Assembly (NCBI GenBank): GCA_012295275.1
Contig: CM022667.1
Span: 4,774,001-4,838,000, forward strand
Length of the DNA stretch: 64,000 bases
From: Chrysomallon squamiferum
Taxonomy: Eukaryota; Animalia; Mollusca
Direction: 5' to 3'
Made by a program: the position numbers and the translations under genes. Of the stretch, positions 1 to 12,053 are shown one piece after another; within the stretch, counting starts at the first letter, position 1, and each line of letters opens with the position of its first letter. The notes under the pieces were generated by a model. The model was not told the origin of the DNA and did no database searches. It saw only the letters and a list, made by a program, of their open reading frames with translations.

Positions 1-1327
1 AGTTTTAAGCAGTACGCTATAGTGTATTCAGTGTTAGTATAGTTTTAAGCAGTACTCTATAGTGTATTCAGTGTTAGTATAGTTTTAAGCAGTACGCTAT
101 AGTGTATTCAGTGTTAGTATGTTAGTTTTAAGCAGTACGCTATAGTGTATTCAGTGTTAGTATAGTTTTAAGCAGTACGCTATAGTGTATTCAGTGTTAT
201 TATGTTAGTTTTAAGCAGTACGCTATAGTGTATTCACAGTTAGTATAGTTTTAAGCAGTACGCTATAGTGTATTCAGTGTTAGTATGTTAGTTTTAAGCA
301 GTACGCTATAGTGTATTCAGTGTTAGTATGTTAGTTTTAAGCCTTACGCTATAGTGTATTCAGTGTTAGTATGTTAGATTTAAGCAGTACGCTATAGTGT
401 ATTCAGTGTTAGTATGTTAGATTTAAGCAGTACGCTATAGTGTATTCAGTGTTAGTATAGTTTTAAGCAGTACGCTATAGTGTATTCAGTGTTAGTATGT
501 TAGTTTTAAGCAGTACGCTATAGTGTATTCAGTGTTAGTATAGTTTTAAGCAGTACACTATAGTGTATTCATTGTTAGTATGTTAGTTTTAAGCAGTACG
601 CTATAGTGTATTCAGTGTTAGTATAGTTTTAAGCAGTACGCTATAGTGTATTCAGTGTTAGTATAGTTTTAAGCAGTACGCTATAGTGTATTCAGTGTTA
701 GTATAGTTTTAAGCAGTACGCTATAGTGTATTCAGTGTTAGTATGTTAGTTTTAAGCAGTACGCTATAGTGTATTCAGTGTTAGTATAGTTTTAAGCAGT
801 ACGCTATAGTGTATTCAGTGTTAGTATGTTAGTTTTAAGCCTTACGCTATAGTGTATTCAGTGTTAGTATGTTAGTTTTAAGCAGTACGCTATAGTGTAT
901 TCAGTGTTAGTATAGTTTTAAGCAGTACGCTATAGTTTTATTCAGTGTTAGTATAGTTTTAAGCAGTACGCTATAGTGTATTCAGTGTTAGTATAGTTTT
1001 AAGCAGTACGCTATAGTGTATTCAGTGTTAGTATAGTTTTAAGCAGTACGCTATAGTGCATTCAGTGTTAGTATGTTAGTTTTAAGCAGTACGCTATAAT
1101 GTATTCAGTGTTAGTATAGTTTTAAGCAGTACGCTATAGTGTATTCAGTGTTAGTATAGTTTTAAGCAGTACGCTGTAGTGTATTCAGTGTTAGTATAGT
1201 TTTAAGCAGTACGCTATAGTGTATTCAGTGTTAGTATAGTTTTAAGCAGTACGCTATAGTGTATTCAGTGTTAGTATGTTAGTTTTAAGCAGTACGCTAT
1301 AGTGTATTCACTGTTAGTATGTTAGTT
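1..1327. repeat. Tandem satellite, 40-bp unit AGTTTTAAGCAGTACGCTATAGTGTATTCAGTGTTAGTAT with a 43-bp (+GTT) variant; about 32 copies, cut by the window start
   Basis: Head-to-tail near-identical units read directly; no unique spacers between units. Confidence 0.97.
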
Positions 1328-1502
1328 CTAATCAGAGGTTATATTGTCTGCGAGTGTTAGTATATGTTAGATCGAAGTAGTACGTTATATTGTCTGTCAG
1401 TGATATTATATTGTCTGGACCTGAACTCTGTATGTAAGGGCTTATAGGCGATAGTTGACAACAGTAAAATGTCAGTAAAATAATAATAAGAATAATAATA
1501 AG

Positions 1503-1998
1503 AATAATTTAAATCAGTAAATAAAGAAGTAACTAAATAAAAGTAAAAAATAACAAACAAAGAAAAGAAAGAACAAGAAATAAATAAAAAGCTAAAACAA
1601 TAGAAAATAAAGAAATAAAGAAATAAAATCAATGGAAATAAAATTATTGAAGTCAATGTATGTATGTATGTATGTATTTATGTATGAGTTCATATATTCA
1701 TCTATTAATCAATCTGTCTCTTCTATATTTCCATCTCTCTAAATATCGACCTGTTTTTAAAGCCACAAAGAATAACCTCTCTCTGTTACACTAAACATTT
1801 ATGTGAAAAAATGAATAATTCCTGTTCATTGTTGTGTTCGCTCTCATCTCAGTCACATAACACAAAGAGCTTATTTCACCTGGGTATAAAACACAGTCTG
1901 TGTTTCCGCAAGAGACAAATCTATGATAAATTATTTAATGTTTTGAACACTTAATAATAAAAAAATATATCAATACCGTTTGCAAGTCTGTGATTGTT
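1503..1998 (+). repeat. Orphan duplicate of the lectin upstream/promoter region with no coding exons after it
   Basis: Near-identical to about 2833-3339, including GGGTATAAAAC (TATA at 1885); similarity ends about 60 bp before the position of the ATG. Confidence 0.85.
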
Positions 1999-3225
1999 TG
2001 GTGATTTAGGTATGACACATGTAAATGCAAAATTTTTTATGTAAATATTATAATCGAAATACTTTAATAGAATTCAAATTATCAATTGGACTCCCCACAA
2101 AAACAACAACAAGAGACAAGCGAATATACACTTCTCCAAATAGTAACAAATCTAAATAATACAGGTTTCTTCCATTTTTATAAAACGAAAACAGATCCGC
2201 AATCAAATATCACTAATAAGATCATTATACTGGCACAGCCGAGGACAGTTGCACCGGAAGCGAACCTGTTTTTATCGCCAAATTTCAAAAGAGAAAGAAA
2301 ATGAATTTTTAAGAAAATAGCGGTTGCTCTCCTTTACTCAAAAGTATCCCTTCCACAACCAGTAATAATTAGTCTTGATCTTTTCTAGAACTGTTATGAT
2401 CATTTTATAGCTGGACTGAGTGATGAGAAGTCTGTCACAGAAACCTTTGCAAGTAACCTTTACTCTAGAACTGAACATCATCATAGCAACAGAAAAACAC
2501 AAAATGAATCAATGAACAAAAATGTCAGCCATATATAATGGTTGGATATTTTATTATTTCATCATGTTTAGGTTTCATGTCAAGCGCACTGGGTCATCTA
2601 GTTGAGTGCTTACTGTTAATACTCGTGTTATTCGTGTTATTCGTATGAATCATTATTTCCACAGATCGATTTATTTCGGCCATCAGGTTTACGGTTGATG
2701 TGGAAACGTTTAACTTAGTAGAGAAATATGTATTTTTTAGGATAAGATACAGCTGATTAAATTTGTTTTTTTATATTTACTTTGGTATTCTTGTTAGTAC
2801 AAAATAAGTAAAAATAAATAAATAAATAAATAAATAATTTAAATAACTAAATAAAGAAGTAACTAAATAAAAGTAAAAAATAACAAAGAAAGAAAAGAAA
2901 AAACAAGAAAAAACAATAAATAAATAAAAAGCTAAAACAACAGAAAATAAAGAAATAAAGAAATAAAATCAATGAAAATAAAATTATTGAAGTCAATGTA
3001 TGTATATATGTATGTATTTATGTATGAGTTCATATATTCATCTATTAATCAATCTGTCTCTTCTATATTTCTATCTCTCTAAATATCGACCTGTTTTTAA
3101 AGCCACAAAGAATAACCTCCCTCTGTTACACTAAACATTTATGTGAAAAAAATGAATAATTACTGTTCATTGTTGTGTTCGCTCTCATCTCCGTCACATA
3201 ACACAAAGAGCTTACTTTACCTGGG

Positions 3226-3232
3226 TATAAAA
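3226..3232 (+). promoter_or_regulatory. Probable TATA box of lectin gene A
   Basis: TATAAAA 175 bp upstream of the ATG; conserved in the paralogous copies at 1885 and 7805. Confidence 0.5.
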
Positions 3233-3400
3233 CATAGTCTGTGTTTCCGCAAGAGACAAATCTCTGATAAATTATTTAATGTTTTGAACACCTAGTAATA
3301 CAAAAATATTTCAATACCGTTTGCAAGTCTGTCATTGTTCAGTTTTTACTGTTAGAATCAGGTAGACTAGAAACTCGGTAAAAAGAAGAAAGATAAAAAA

Positions 3401-3465
3401 ATGCAGTACAGGACATGTTTGTTTTTACAGGCTGTTGTCTCATCACTTGTAACTGCATTACCGAG
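3401..3465 (+). CDS. PAN/Apple-C-type lectin gene A, exon 1 (signal peptide MQYRTCLFLQAVVSSLVTALP)
   Basis: aaaATG start, hydrophobic leader, AG|GTAAGT donor, phase 2. Full model join(3401..3465,3681..3931,4489..4674,5234..5451) = 720 nt, 239 aa, open throughout. Confidence 0.85.
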
Positions 3466-3680
3466 GTAAGTGTGTAGTACTTTTATTTTATTTAAATCTT
3501 GTACAAATACACATTCATACACTTTCTGTCTGTCTGTACTTTCCTGTCTCTCTCCTTGACTCCTGGCTTTCTATCCTCTCTTTTGACATGTCTACAGCAG
3601 ATTTTATTGAGATTGATTTTTTCTATTCTATTTATAGTTACTGTAGTTTTATTATTTTATTATTAACTGGTCACATTTAG

Positions 3681-3931
3681 CTGTGATATCAATCAGTTTT
3701 CTGAGTGGATCATCAATCACGACTTTGATGATGTTGTCGCCTCTGACATCCTCCTGGAATCCCTCACCAACGTCATAAACCTCGAACAGTGTGCAAACGA
3801 ATGCGCCAGAAATATCAAGTGCCTCTCATTTTCGTATAACGAAAAACATATCTGTCATTTGCATAATGACAGATATTCGAAGAACGTCAGTTATGAGTTT
3901 GCTGCAGGATGGATCTACTATTCATACGTCG
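3681..3931 (+). CDS. Lectin gene A, exon 2: PAN/Apple domain
   Basis: TTTAG acceptor; translates ...LEQCANECARNIKCLSFSYNEKHICHLHND...GWIYYSYV, matching the PAN pattern CxxxC...CxSFxY...CxL; G|GTATGT donor; phases 2/1 fit the neighbouring exons. Confidence 0.88.
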
Positions 3932-4488
3932 GTATGTTTCTTTATTCATATTTTTTAAACTCTAAACATTCTTAGAAATAATAAAAATGTTGAAGTATCT
4001 CAAGAAATTAGAAAATGGATCTGATTAAGTTGTTTTAAAGATAAAATACATTTTTTTTCAAAAGAAATCGTATATTTTCAGTCTCACAAGTATGAAAACG
4101 TCCTGTATTTTCAGTCTCACAAATATAAAAAAATTCCTCCATTTTCAGTCTCAGAAATACAAAATACTATATTTTGAGTCTCCCACGTAAAAATAAATAA
4201 CGGTATAAAAATAAACATATTTAAAAAGATTCCATATTTCGAATCTCGTAAATATTTAAAATGTTCTACATTTTCAGTGTCGCAAGGACAAAATTAATTC
4301 TGTAAATTCAGTCTCACAAATAAATAAAAAGTACCTTATTTTAAGACACTTATATATGAAAAGATCATATATGTTCATTTTCGGAAGATCCCCCAAAAAA
4401 CAAACAATAATGCTACATTTTCACTCACACAAGTATAAAAAATCCAACATGTTCAGTTTCACGAATACAAAAAGTCCTATATTTTCAG

Positions 4489-4674
4489 GACACTGTCCTA
4501 CTGGAAATGGCTACATCTTCCTTAAGAACATTGACGTGTGTTTCAAGATTGTCAACATCAGAACAAACTGGCATGAAGCTCGTGACTTTTGTAGCAAGTC
4601 ACGTGACAGATTGATCGTCCTAGACACGGATGAGAAAAATACAGCTTTTAGCAATTACGTGAACAAAGCAACAG
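4489..4674 (+). CDS. Lectin gene A, exon 3: N-terminal half of the C-type lectin domain
   Basis: TTTTCAG acceptor; HCPTGNGY...VCFKIV...NWHEARDFC...LIVLDT; G|GTTAAT donor; phase 1/1. Confidence 0.92.
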
Positions 4675-5233
4675 GTTAATATCATCATCATCACCATCGT
4701 CATATTCATCATTAGTTATACAAACAACAATTCATTTCGTTTTTCATCATTGCATATTTATATTTATCATCATAATCATCATCATCACACCCATCATCAT
4801 ATTCATCAGTATTTATACTAATAACAGCTATTGTCATGTCTTTCATCATTGCATAATACATTCATTAGCATAGTCATCGTCTTGTTATCCTCATCTTAGG
4901 GATCAAAGGTGTGGTTGGTAGAAATGTTTCCTCATCAAAGAATTTTGTGGTAATAATGAGGAAAGAGTATAAAAACTAAAAATAAAAATAAAATAAAATA
5001 AAATAAAATCAGTAAATAAATAAATACATAAATAAATAAATAAAGTTAAATTAAATAAATAAAGTTAAATTAAATTAAAAAGGACAGCTGCTCGTTGTTA
5101 CAAAACATTTCTCGTTGCAGCTGATTTGTTGAAAATGAAACACAATTTCACACAACCAACTCAAAGTTTAACCATCTTATAATCACGATATTCACTCATT
5201 TTTAAATCTGTGCATTTTTGTTGTATTTTTCAG

Positions 5234-5451
5234 GTGGTAAATACATCCATATTGGACTGAGTGATGAACAGACGGAAGGAAAGTTTGTTTGGGAGAATGG
5301 AAAAAAACTTGCATTTTCTAAGTGGAGAAATAGGGAACCTGACAATTATGGAGGAACAGAGGACTGTGTGCAGCTTCAGTCACTGTACAGTGGATGGCAT
5401 GATATTTCCTGCTCGAAGACCAACATATTTGTCTGCGAGAAACGAATGTGA
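5234..5451 (+). CDS. Lectin gene A, exon 4: C-terminal half of the C-type lectin domain (EPD, EDC, WHD motifs)
   Basis: HIGLSD..EGKFVW..G....FSKW...EPDN.GG.EDCV......WHD.SC....FVCEK then TGA; AATAAA at 5535-5540. Confidence 0.93.
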
Positions 5452-7470
5452 TTATTTCTGTTTTAATGTTCTTGAAATAACAACAGAAATGAGAATCATA
5501 ATTATATTCATGTTTGATTTGACAAAGCTCTATCAATAAAAATTAGACTAAGATTAACTTTGCTTTTTGCTAAATTTTGTTTTCATAATATCAAAAAGAC
5601 ATGATCCTAATATTTTTATCTCTACCACTACTACTACCACTACAATCACATTTACTATTATGAACATCATCATCATTATGATCATCATCATGATCATCAT
5701 CATGATCATCATCATGATCATCATTATTACTATTAAAGCTTCTACATGGAAAAAAGTCGTAAACAAAACAGTCACATCAAATTAACACGAAGAAATAATA
5801 ATTAAAAAAGATAAAAAAGGAAAATGTAGAAAAAAGTCAAATGTAAAGTGAATTTTAACGAAGAAAAGAACAACGTAATAATTTATTTTCAGACAGCAAC
5901 AATGAAAATAACTGAAAGAATCAACCGTCAAATTTCTGTAGATGATAGTATCCAGCTGTTCGATTATTATACATCATATTTTTATTTTACTTCTTTTTTT
6001 TGTCAGTTCACTCTTCAATACAACAAGAACAACAACAAAAAAATGAATAAAATAAATAAAATAAAATAAGATAAAATAAACAAAAATAAAAATAAAAATC
6101 GAAGCTCCCAAGGAGAACCACAAACAAAAAATTGAAAAATAAATAAAAATAATATAAAAAAAAAAAAAAAAAAAAAAAATCAATAGTAATAAAAAAATAA
6201 AAATACAAACAACAACAACAACAAAAAATGAAAGAAAGAAAGAAAAAAAAACGATTTGGTATCAGGTGATAGAAACAGATATTTAAGTAATTTACGTGTT
6301 TCTTTTCTAGTGTTTCATACACTGAAAACATACATTTTTCTGTGTTTAGAAAAGAGCTGATAATTACAGTGGTGTGTTCTATGCGAATCTACTGGGATCT
6401 GGAAACTAGTTCTTTATAGTTTTCCTTCGTCATAGCACTCACTGAAATAAACGCAACTATGTGCAACCTTTTCCAGGTCCGCCTGAACAACACTGAAAAA
6501 TATATTTTATTTTATTCCTTTGAAGGAATCCTGATATGACTTTATTTACTTCAGATTACTACGTTCGTTTTTAATAACTCCTTTTATTATGACGTCATTA
6601 TCGATTAGCTGAATATTTTTGTTTTTAAATATTTTACTTACGTTTTACTTACGCTGGTTCAAATGGAATACACCCTAAAACAATCGTTGAGCTCGTGTTA
6701 ATTTTCTTTCAACAGAATACAACTTTGTCTCTCTTTCCCAACAAAGATGAATTATTTATACTGTGTACAGGGAACAATGAATAAAATATGTTGACTGATC
6801 AGATACGGTTACATCAGAAAACAAGAATCGTTTTTGTTTTCTCTGTTCAACAACTGGAATGGGAATACTTTCTACGCAATACAGAGAAATAACACAACAG
6901 AGCGCTCTTCTAAAGAACTAAATTATTAAAACAATAAAGGGAGTTCACAGTAGATACACTAAGTGTTAAACAAACAAAAACAAAATAAGCACAGAATTAA
7001 GAGAGAGATAAGTGTATCGTTTGAAAGGTTACAAATTTAACTAAGGGATGTATCTGAGTATATTTCTTTTTTCACTTTCTATGTGATTGTAACTTGAGTA
7101 TTTTTCTTCTGGCTTTTTTCTTTACTTTTACTTTTATCTGTCAGTGCGGCTGCGCATACAGACGACAGAAAATGAAGTCATCAATTTTCTCCCAGTAGAA
7201 CCTTCCCTGTCTTTCTCGATTATTATAGACGTTTTTAGACAAAATTATATACATATGTGAAATTAGATTTGTTTTCACTATTATTTTATCTGCCTTCACT
7301 AGGTTGGACCGTTATTCAGACACTGGTAAATGTTCTAGTAACTGTTTTATCATTTTTCTCTACGGTTTGAACATGTGCTTTAGATTTTCCATGCCTGTCC
7401 TATGACCATATTAAACAGAAATTTGGATATAGAGAGTTTATTCGCGTCTATGTATCTGTCTTTTTGTCTG

Positions 7471-7569
<99 letters not shown>

Positions 7570-7975
7570 CTCTCTCTCTCTCTTTATCTATCTATCTATC
7601 TAGCTGTCTCTATGTATTCATCCATTAATCCATCTATCTCTTCTATAGTTCTGTATCTGTATCTGTCGACCAGTTTTTAAAGTCACAAAGCAGAACTTCT
7701 CTCTGTTACACTAAAAATTTATGTGAAAAAATGAATAATTACTTTTCATTCTTGTGTTTGGTCTCACCTCAGTCACATAACACAAAGAGCTTACTTCATC
7801 TGGGTATAAAACATAGTCTGCGTTTCCGCAACCGACAAAATCTATGATAAATTATTTAATGTTTTTAACACGTAATAATAAAATAAATATTTGTATACAG
7901 TCTACAAGTCTGTCATTGTTCAGTTTTTACTGTTAGAATCAGGTAGACTGGAAAGTCGTTAAAAAGAAGGAAAAA

Positions 7976-9646
7976 ATGTAGTACGGGACATGTTTGATTT
8001 TACAGGCTGTTGTCTCATCACTTGTAACTGCTTTACTTAGGTAAGTGTGTAATAACGTTTGTTTTATTTAAACCTTGTACAACACCCACTGATACACTTT
8101 CTGTCTGTCTGTACCTTCCTCCTTTCTCTCTGTCTCTCACTCTGACTCCTGGCTTTGTATCATCTCTCTTGATATGTCTGCAGCAGATATCATTTACATA
8201 TTTTTTCTATTGTATTAATAGTTACTGTTGTTTTATTATTTTATTATTAACTGGTCACATTTAGCTGTGATATCAATGAGTCCTCTAAGTGGACCATCAA
8301 TCACGACTTTGATGATGTTGTCGCCTCCTCTGACGTCCTGCTGGAATCCCTCAACAACGTCTGAAACCTCGAACAGCGCGGACACGAATGCGCCAGAAAT
8401 ATCAAGTGCCTCTCATTTTCGTATAACGAAAAACATATCTGTCATTTGCATAATGACAGATTTTCGAAGAACGTCACTTACGAGTTTGGTGCAGGATGGA
8501 TCTACTATTCATACGTCGGTATGTTTCTTTATTCATATTTTTTAAACTCTAAACATCGCTAGAAATAATAAAAATGTTGAAATATCTTATCTCAAGTGGA
8601 CATCGACATATTAGGAGAAATTTAAAGAAATTAGAAAATCTATCTGATTAAGTTGTGTTAAAGATAAAATAATTTGTTTCAAAAGAAATCGTATATTTTC
8701 AGTCTCACAAGTATAAAATATCCTGTATTCTCATTCTCAGAAATTAAAAAAATTCCTTCAATTTCAGTCTCAGAGATACAAAATACTATATTTTCAGTCT
8801 CGTAAGTAAAACTAAATGATGGTATATAGCCGAGTCTCATAAACATGTTAAAAAAGATTCGATATTTTGAATCTCGTAAATATTAAAGAAATCCTATATT
8901 CTTGGGTCGTAAATATTTAAAAATTTCAATATTTTCAGTGTCGCTAGTAAAAAAATTAATTCTCTAAATTCAGTCTCACAAATAAATCAAAAGTACCTTA
9001 TTTTAAGACACAGATATATAAAAAGATCACATATGTTCATTTTCGGAAGAAGAAGAAGAAAAAATGTTATGCTATATTTTCAGTCACACAAGTATAAAAA
9101 ATCCAACATTTTAAGTTTCACGAATACAAAAAGTCCTATATTTTCAGGACACTGTCCTACTGGAAATGGCTACATCTTCCTTGAGAACATTGAGGTGTGT
9201 TTCAAGATTGTCAACATAAAAAAAAACTGGCATGAAGCTCGTGACTTTTGTAGCAAGTCACGTGACAGATTGATCGTCCTCGACACGGATGAGAAAAATA
9301 CAGCTTTTAGCAACTACGTGAACAAAGCAACAGGTTAATATCTTCATCATCACCATCGTCATATTCATCATTAGTTATACTAACAACAATTAATTTTTTT
9401 TTTATCATAACATAATTATATTTATGATCATAATCATCATCATCACACCCAACATCATATTCATCTAATAACAACTATTTTCATGTCTTTCATGATTGCA
9501 TAACACATCTATTAACAAAGTCATCGTTTTGTTATCCTCATGTTAGAGATCAAAGGTGTGATTGGTAGAAATGTTTCCTCACCAAAGAATTTTGTGATAA
9601 TTATAAGGAAAGAAAATAAAAAATAATGAAATAAAATAAAATAAAA

Positions 9647-9693
<47 letters not shown>

Positions 9694-10082
9694 AGTTAAA
9701 TTAAATTAAAAAGGACAGCTGCTCGTTGTTACAAAAAATTTCTCGTTCCAGCTGATTTGTTGAAAATGAAACACAATTTCACACAACCAACTCAAAGTTT
9801 AACCATCTTATAATCACGATATTCACTCATTTTTAAATCTGTGCATTTTTGTTGTATTTTTCAGGTGGTAAAGACATCCATATTGGACTGACTGATGAAC
9901 AGACGGAAGGAAAGTTTGTTTGGGAGAATGGAAAAAAACTTGCATTTTCTAAGTGGAACGATCGGCAACCTGACAATAATGGAGGAATAGAGGACTGTGT
10001 GCAGCTTCTTTCACCGTCCAGTTTATGGTATGATTCTCCTTGCTCGTCGACGAACATATTTGTCTGCGAGAAACGAAGGTGA
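7976..10082 (+). pseudogene. PAN/Apple-C-type lectin paralogue B, probable pseudogene; exons 7976-8040, 8265-8518, 9148-9333, 9865-10082
   Basis: Colinear with gene A with all splice sites kept. Codon 2 is CAG>TAG (7979-7981), exon 2 has an in-frame TGA (8362-8364), and a PAN Cys is changed to Arg. Exons 3-4 are open and carry QPD/WYD. Confidence 0.85.
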
Positions 10083-11241
10083 TTATTTCTCTTTTAATGT
10101 TCCTGAAGAAACAACCGAAATGTGGAACATAATTATATTAATTTTTGTATTTGCGAAGCTGCATGAATAAAAATTACTTTGAGGTTTACTTTTGTTTTTT
10201 TCTCAATTTTACTTAAATGTTACCTACGATAGTTCAGATGGAATACACCCTAAAACAATCGTTGAGGTCGTGTTAATTTTCTTTCAACCGAATACAACTT
10301 TGTTTCTCTTTCCCAACAGAGATGAATTATTTAAACTGTTTATAGGGAACAATGAATAAAATATGTTGGTTGTTCAGAGACGTTTACATCAGAAAACAAG
10401 AATCGTGTTTTTTGTGTAGGCAAGACAACTGGAATGGGAATACTTTGTACGCAAAACAGAGAAATAACACTTCAGAAGGCTCTTGGAAAGAACTAAATTA
10501 TTAAAGGGATAATGAGGGTTCAAAGTAGGTACACTAAAGGTTAAACAAACAAAAACAAAACAAGCAGAGAATTAAGAGAGAGATAAGCGTTTCGTTTGAA
10601 CGATTAGAAAATTAACTAAGCGTTGTAACTAAGTGTATGTCTTTTTCACTTTCTATGTGATTGTAACTTGAGTATTTTTCTTCTGGCTTTTTTCTTTAAT
10701 TTTACTTTTATGAATGAACCCATCGATATTCTCCTAATAGAACCTTCTCGATTATTATAGACGTTTTTTGACAAAATTATGTACGAATGGGCAATTAGAT
10801 TTTTTCATTATTATTATTTTATCTCCCTTCACTAGGTTGGACCGTTATTCAGACATTGGTAAATGTTCTAGTAACTCTGTTTTATCATTTTTCTCTACGG
10901 TTTGGACATGTGCTTTAGATTTTCTATAACTGTCCTAAGACCAGATTAAAATGAAAATGTTGACATAGAGAGTGTTTTCGCGTCTATATATATGTCTTTC
11001 TCTCCATTTATCTATCTCTCTTTCTCTCCATTTTTCTATCTATCTATCTATCAATCTATCTATCTCTCAATCTATCTATCTATCATCTATATATCTATCT
11101 ATTTATCTATCTATTCATCCATTAATCCATCTATCTTTCCTATAGTTCTAAAAATGTTGATATAGAGAGTGTATTCGCGTCTATGCATCTGTCTTTCTGT
11201 CCATCTATGTATCTATCTCTCTATCTCTGTATATACCTATA

Positions 11242-11274
<33 letters not shown>

Positions 11275-11329
11275 GTCTGTCTTTCTGTCTGTCTGTCTCT
11301 CGTTATCTATCTATCTATCTATCTAGCTG

Positions 11330-11976
11330 TCTCTATGAATTCATCTATTAATCAATCTATCTCTTCTATAGTTCTGTATCTCTATCTGTGGACCAGTTTT
11401 TAAAGTCACAAAGCAGAACTTCTCTCTGTTACACTAAACATTTATGTGAAAAAAATGAATAATTACTGTTCATTGTTGTGTTCGGTCTCAGCTCAGTCAC
11501 AAGACATTGTCTATATTTCCGAAAGAGACAAAGCTACGATAAATTATTTAATCAACACGTAATAATAAAATAAACATTTCAATATAGTCTGCAAGTCTGT
11601 CATTGTTCAGTTTTTACTGTTAGAATCAGGTAGACTAGAAACTCGGTAAAAAGAAGGAAAAAAATGCATTATTATTATTAATATTATTATGATGAAGATC
11701 ATTATCATTATTATTACTATTAAAGCGGCTACAAAGAAAAAAGGTAAAAACAGAACACTGACATGAAAATAACACGAGTAAATAATAATTTTAAAAAAAT
11801 GATAGAAAAAAGTCAAAATGGAAAGTGAATTTTAAAGAACAGTAGAAGAACATTTTAATTTATTTTCAAAATAACCGAAAGAATCAACCGACACATTTCT
11901 GTCTATGATAGCATCCAGCTATTCGATTATTATACACCGCATCTTTATTTTAAAATGTAAATACATTAATAATAAT

Positions 11977-12053
<77 letters not shown>

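Noticed and set aside
1-1327. CRISPR-like array of ~40-bp repeats
   Set aside because: Units are directly adjacent with no unique spacers, there are no cas genes, and the context is eukaryotic
2411-2430. GGACTGAGTGATGA matching lectin exon 4 and a snoRNA C box
   Set aside because: Only about 15 bp match, with no flanking homology or convincing D box and terminal stem
8362-8364. In-frame TGA as possible selenocysteine
   Set aside because: It aligns to Ile rather than Cys in gene A, the same copy has a TAG at codon 2, and no SECIS was recognised
8228-8545. 105-aa ORF over lectin B exon 2
   Set aside because: Shifted frame of the PAN exon; the homologous frame contains the TGA at 8362
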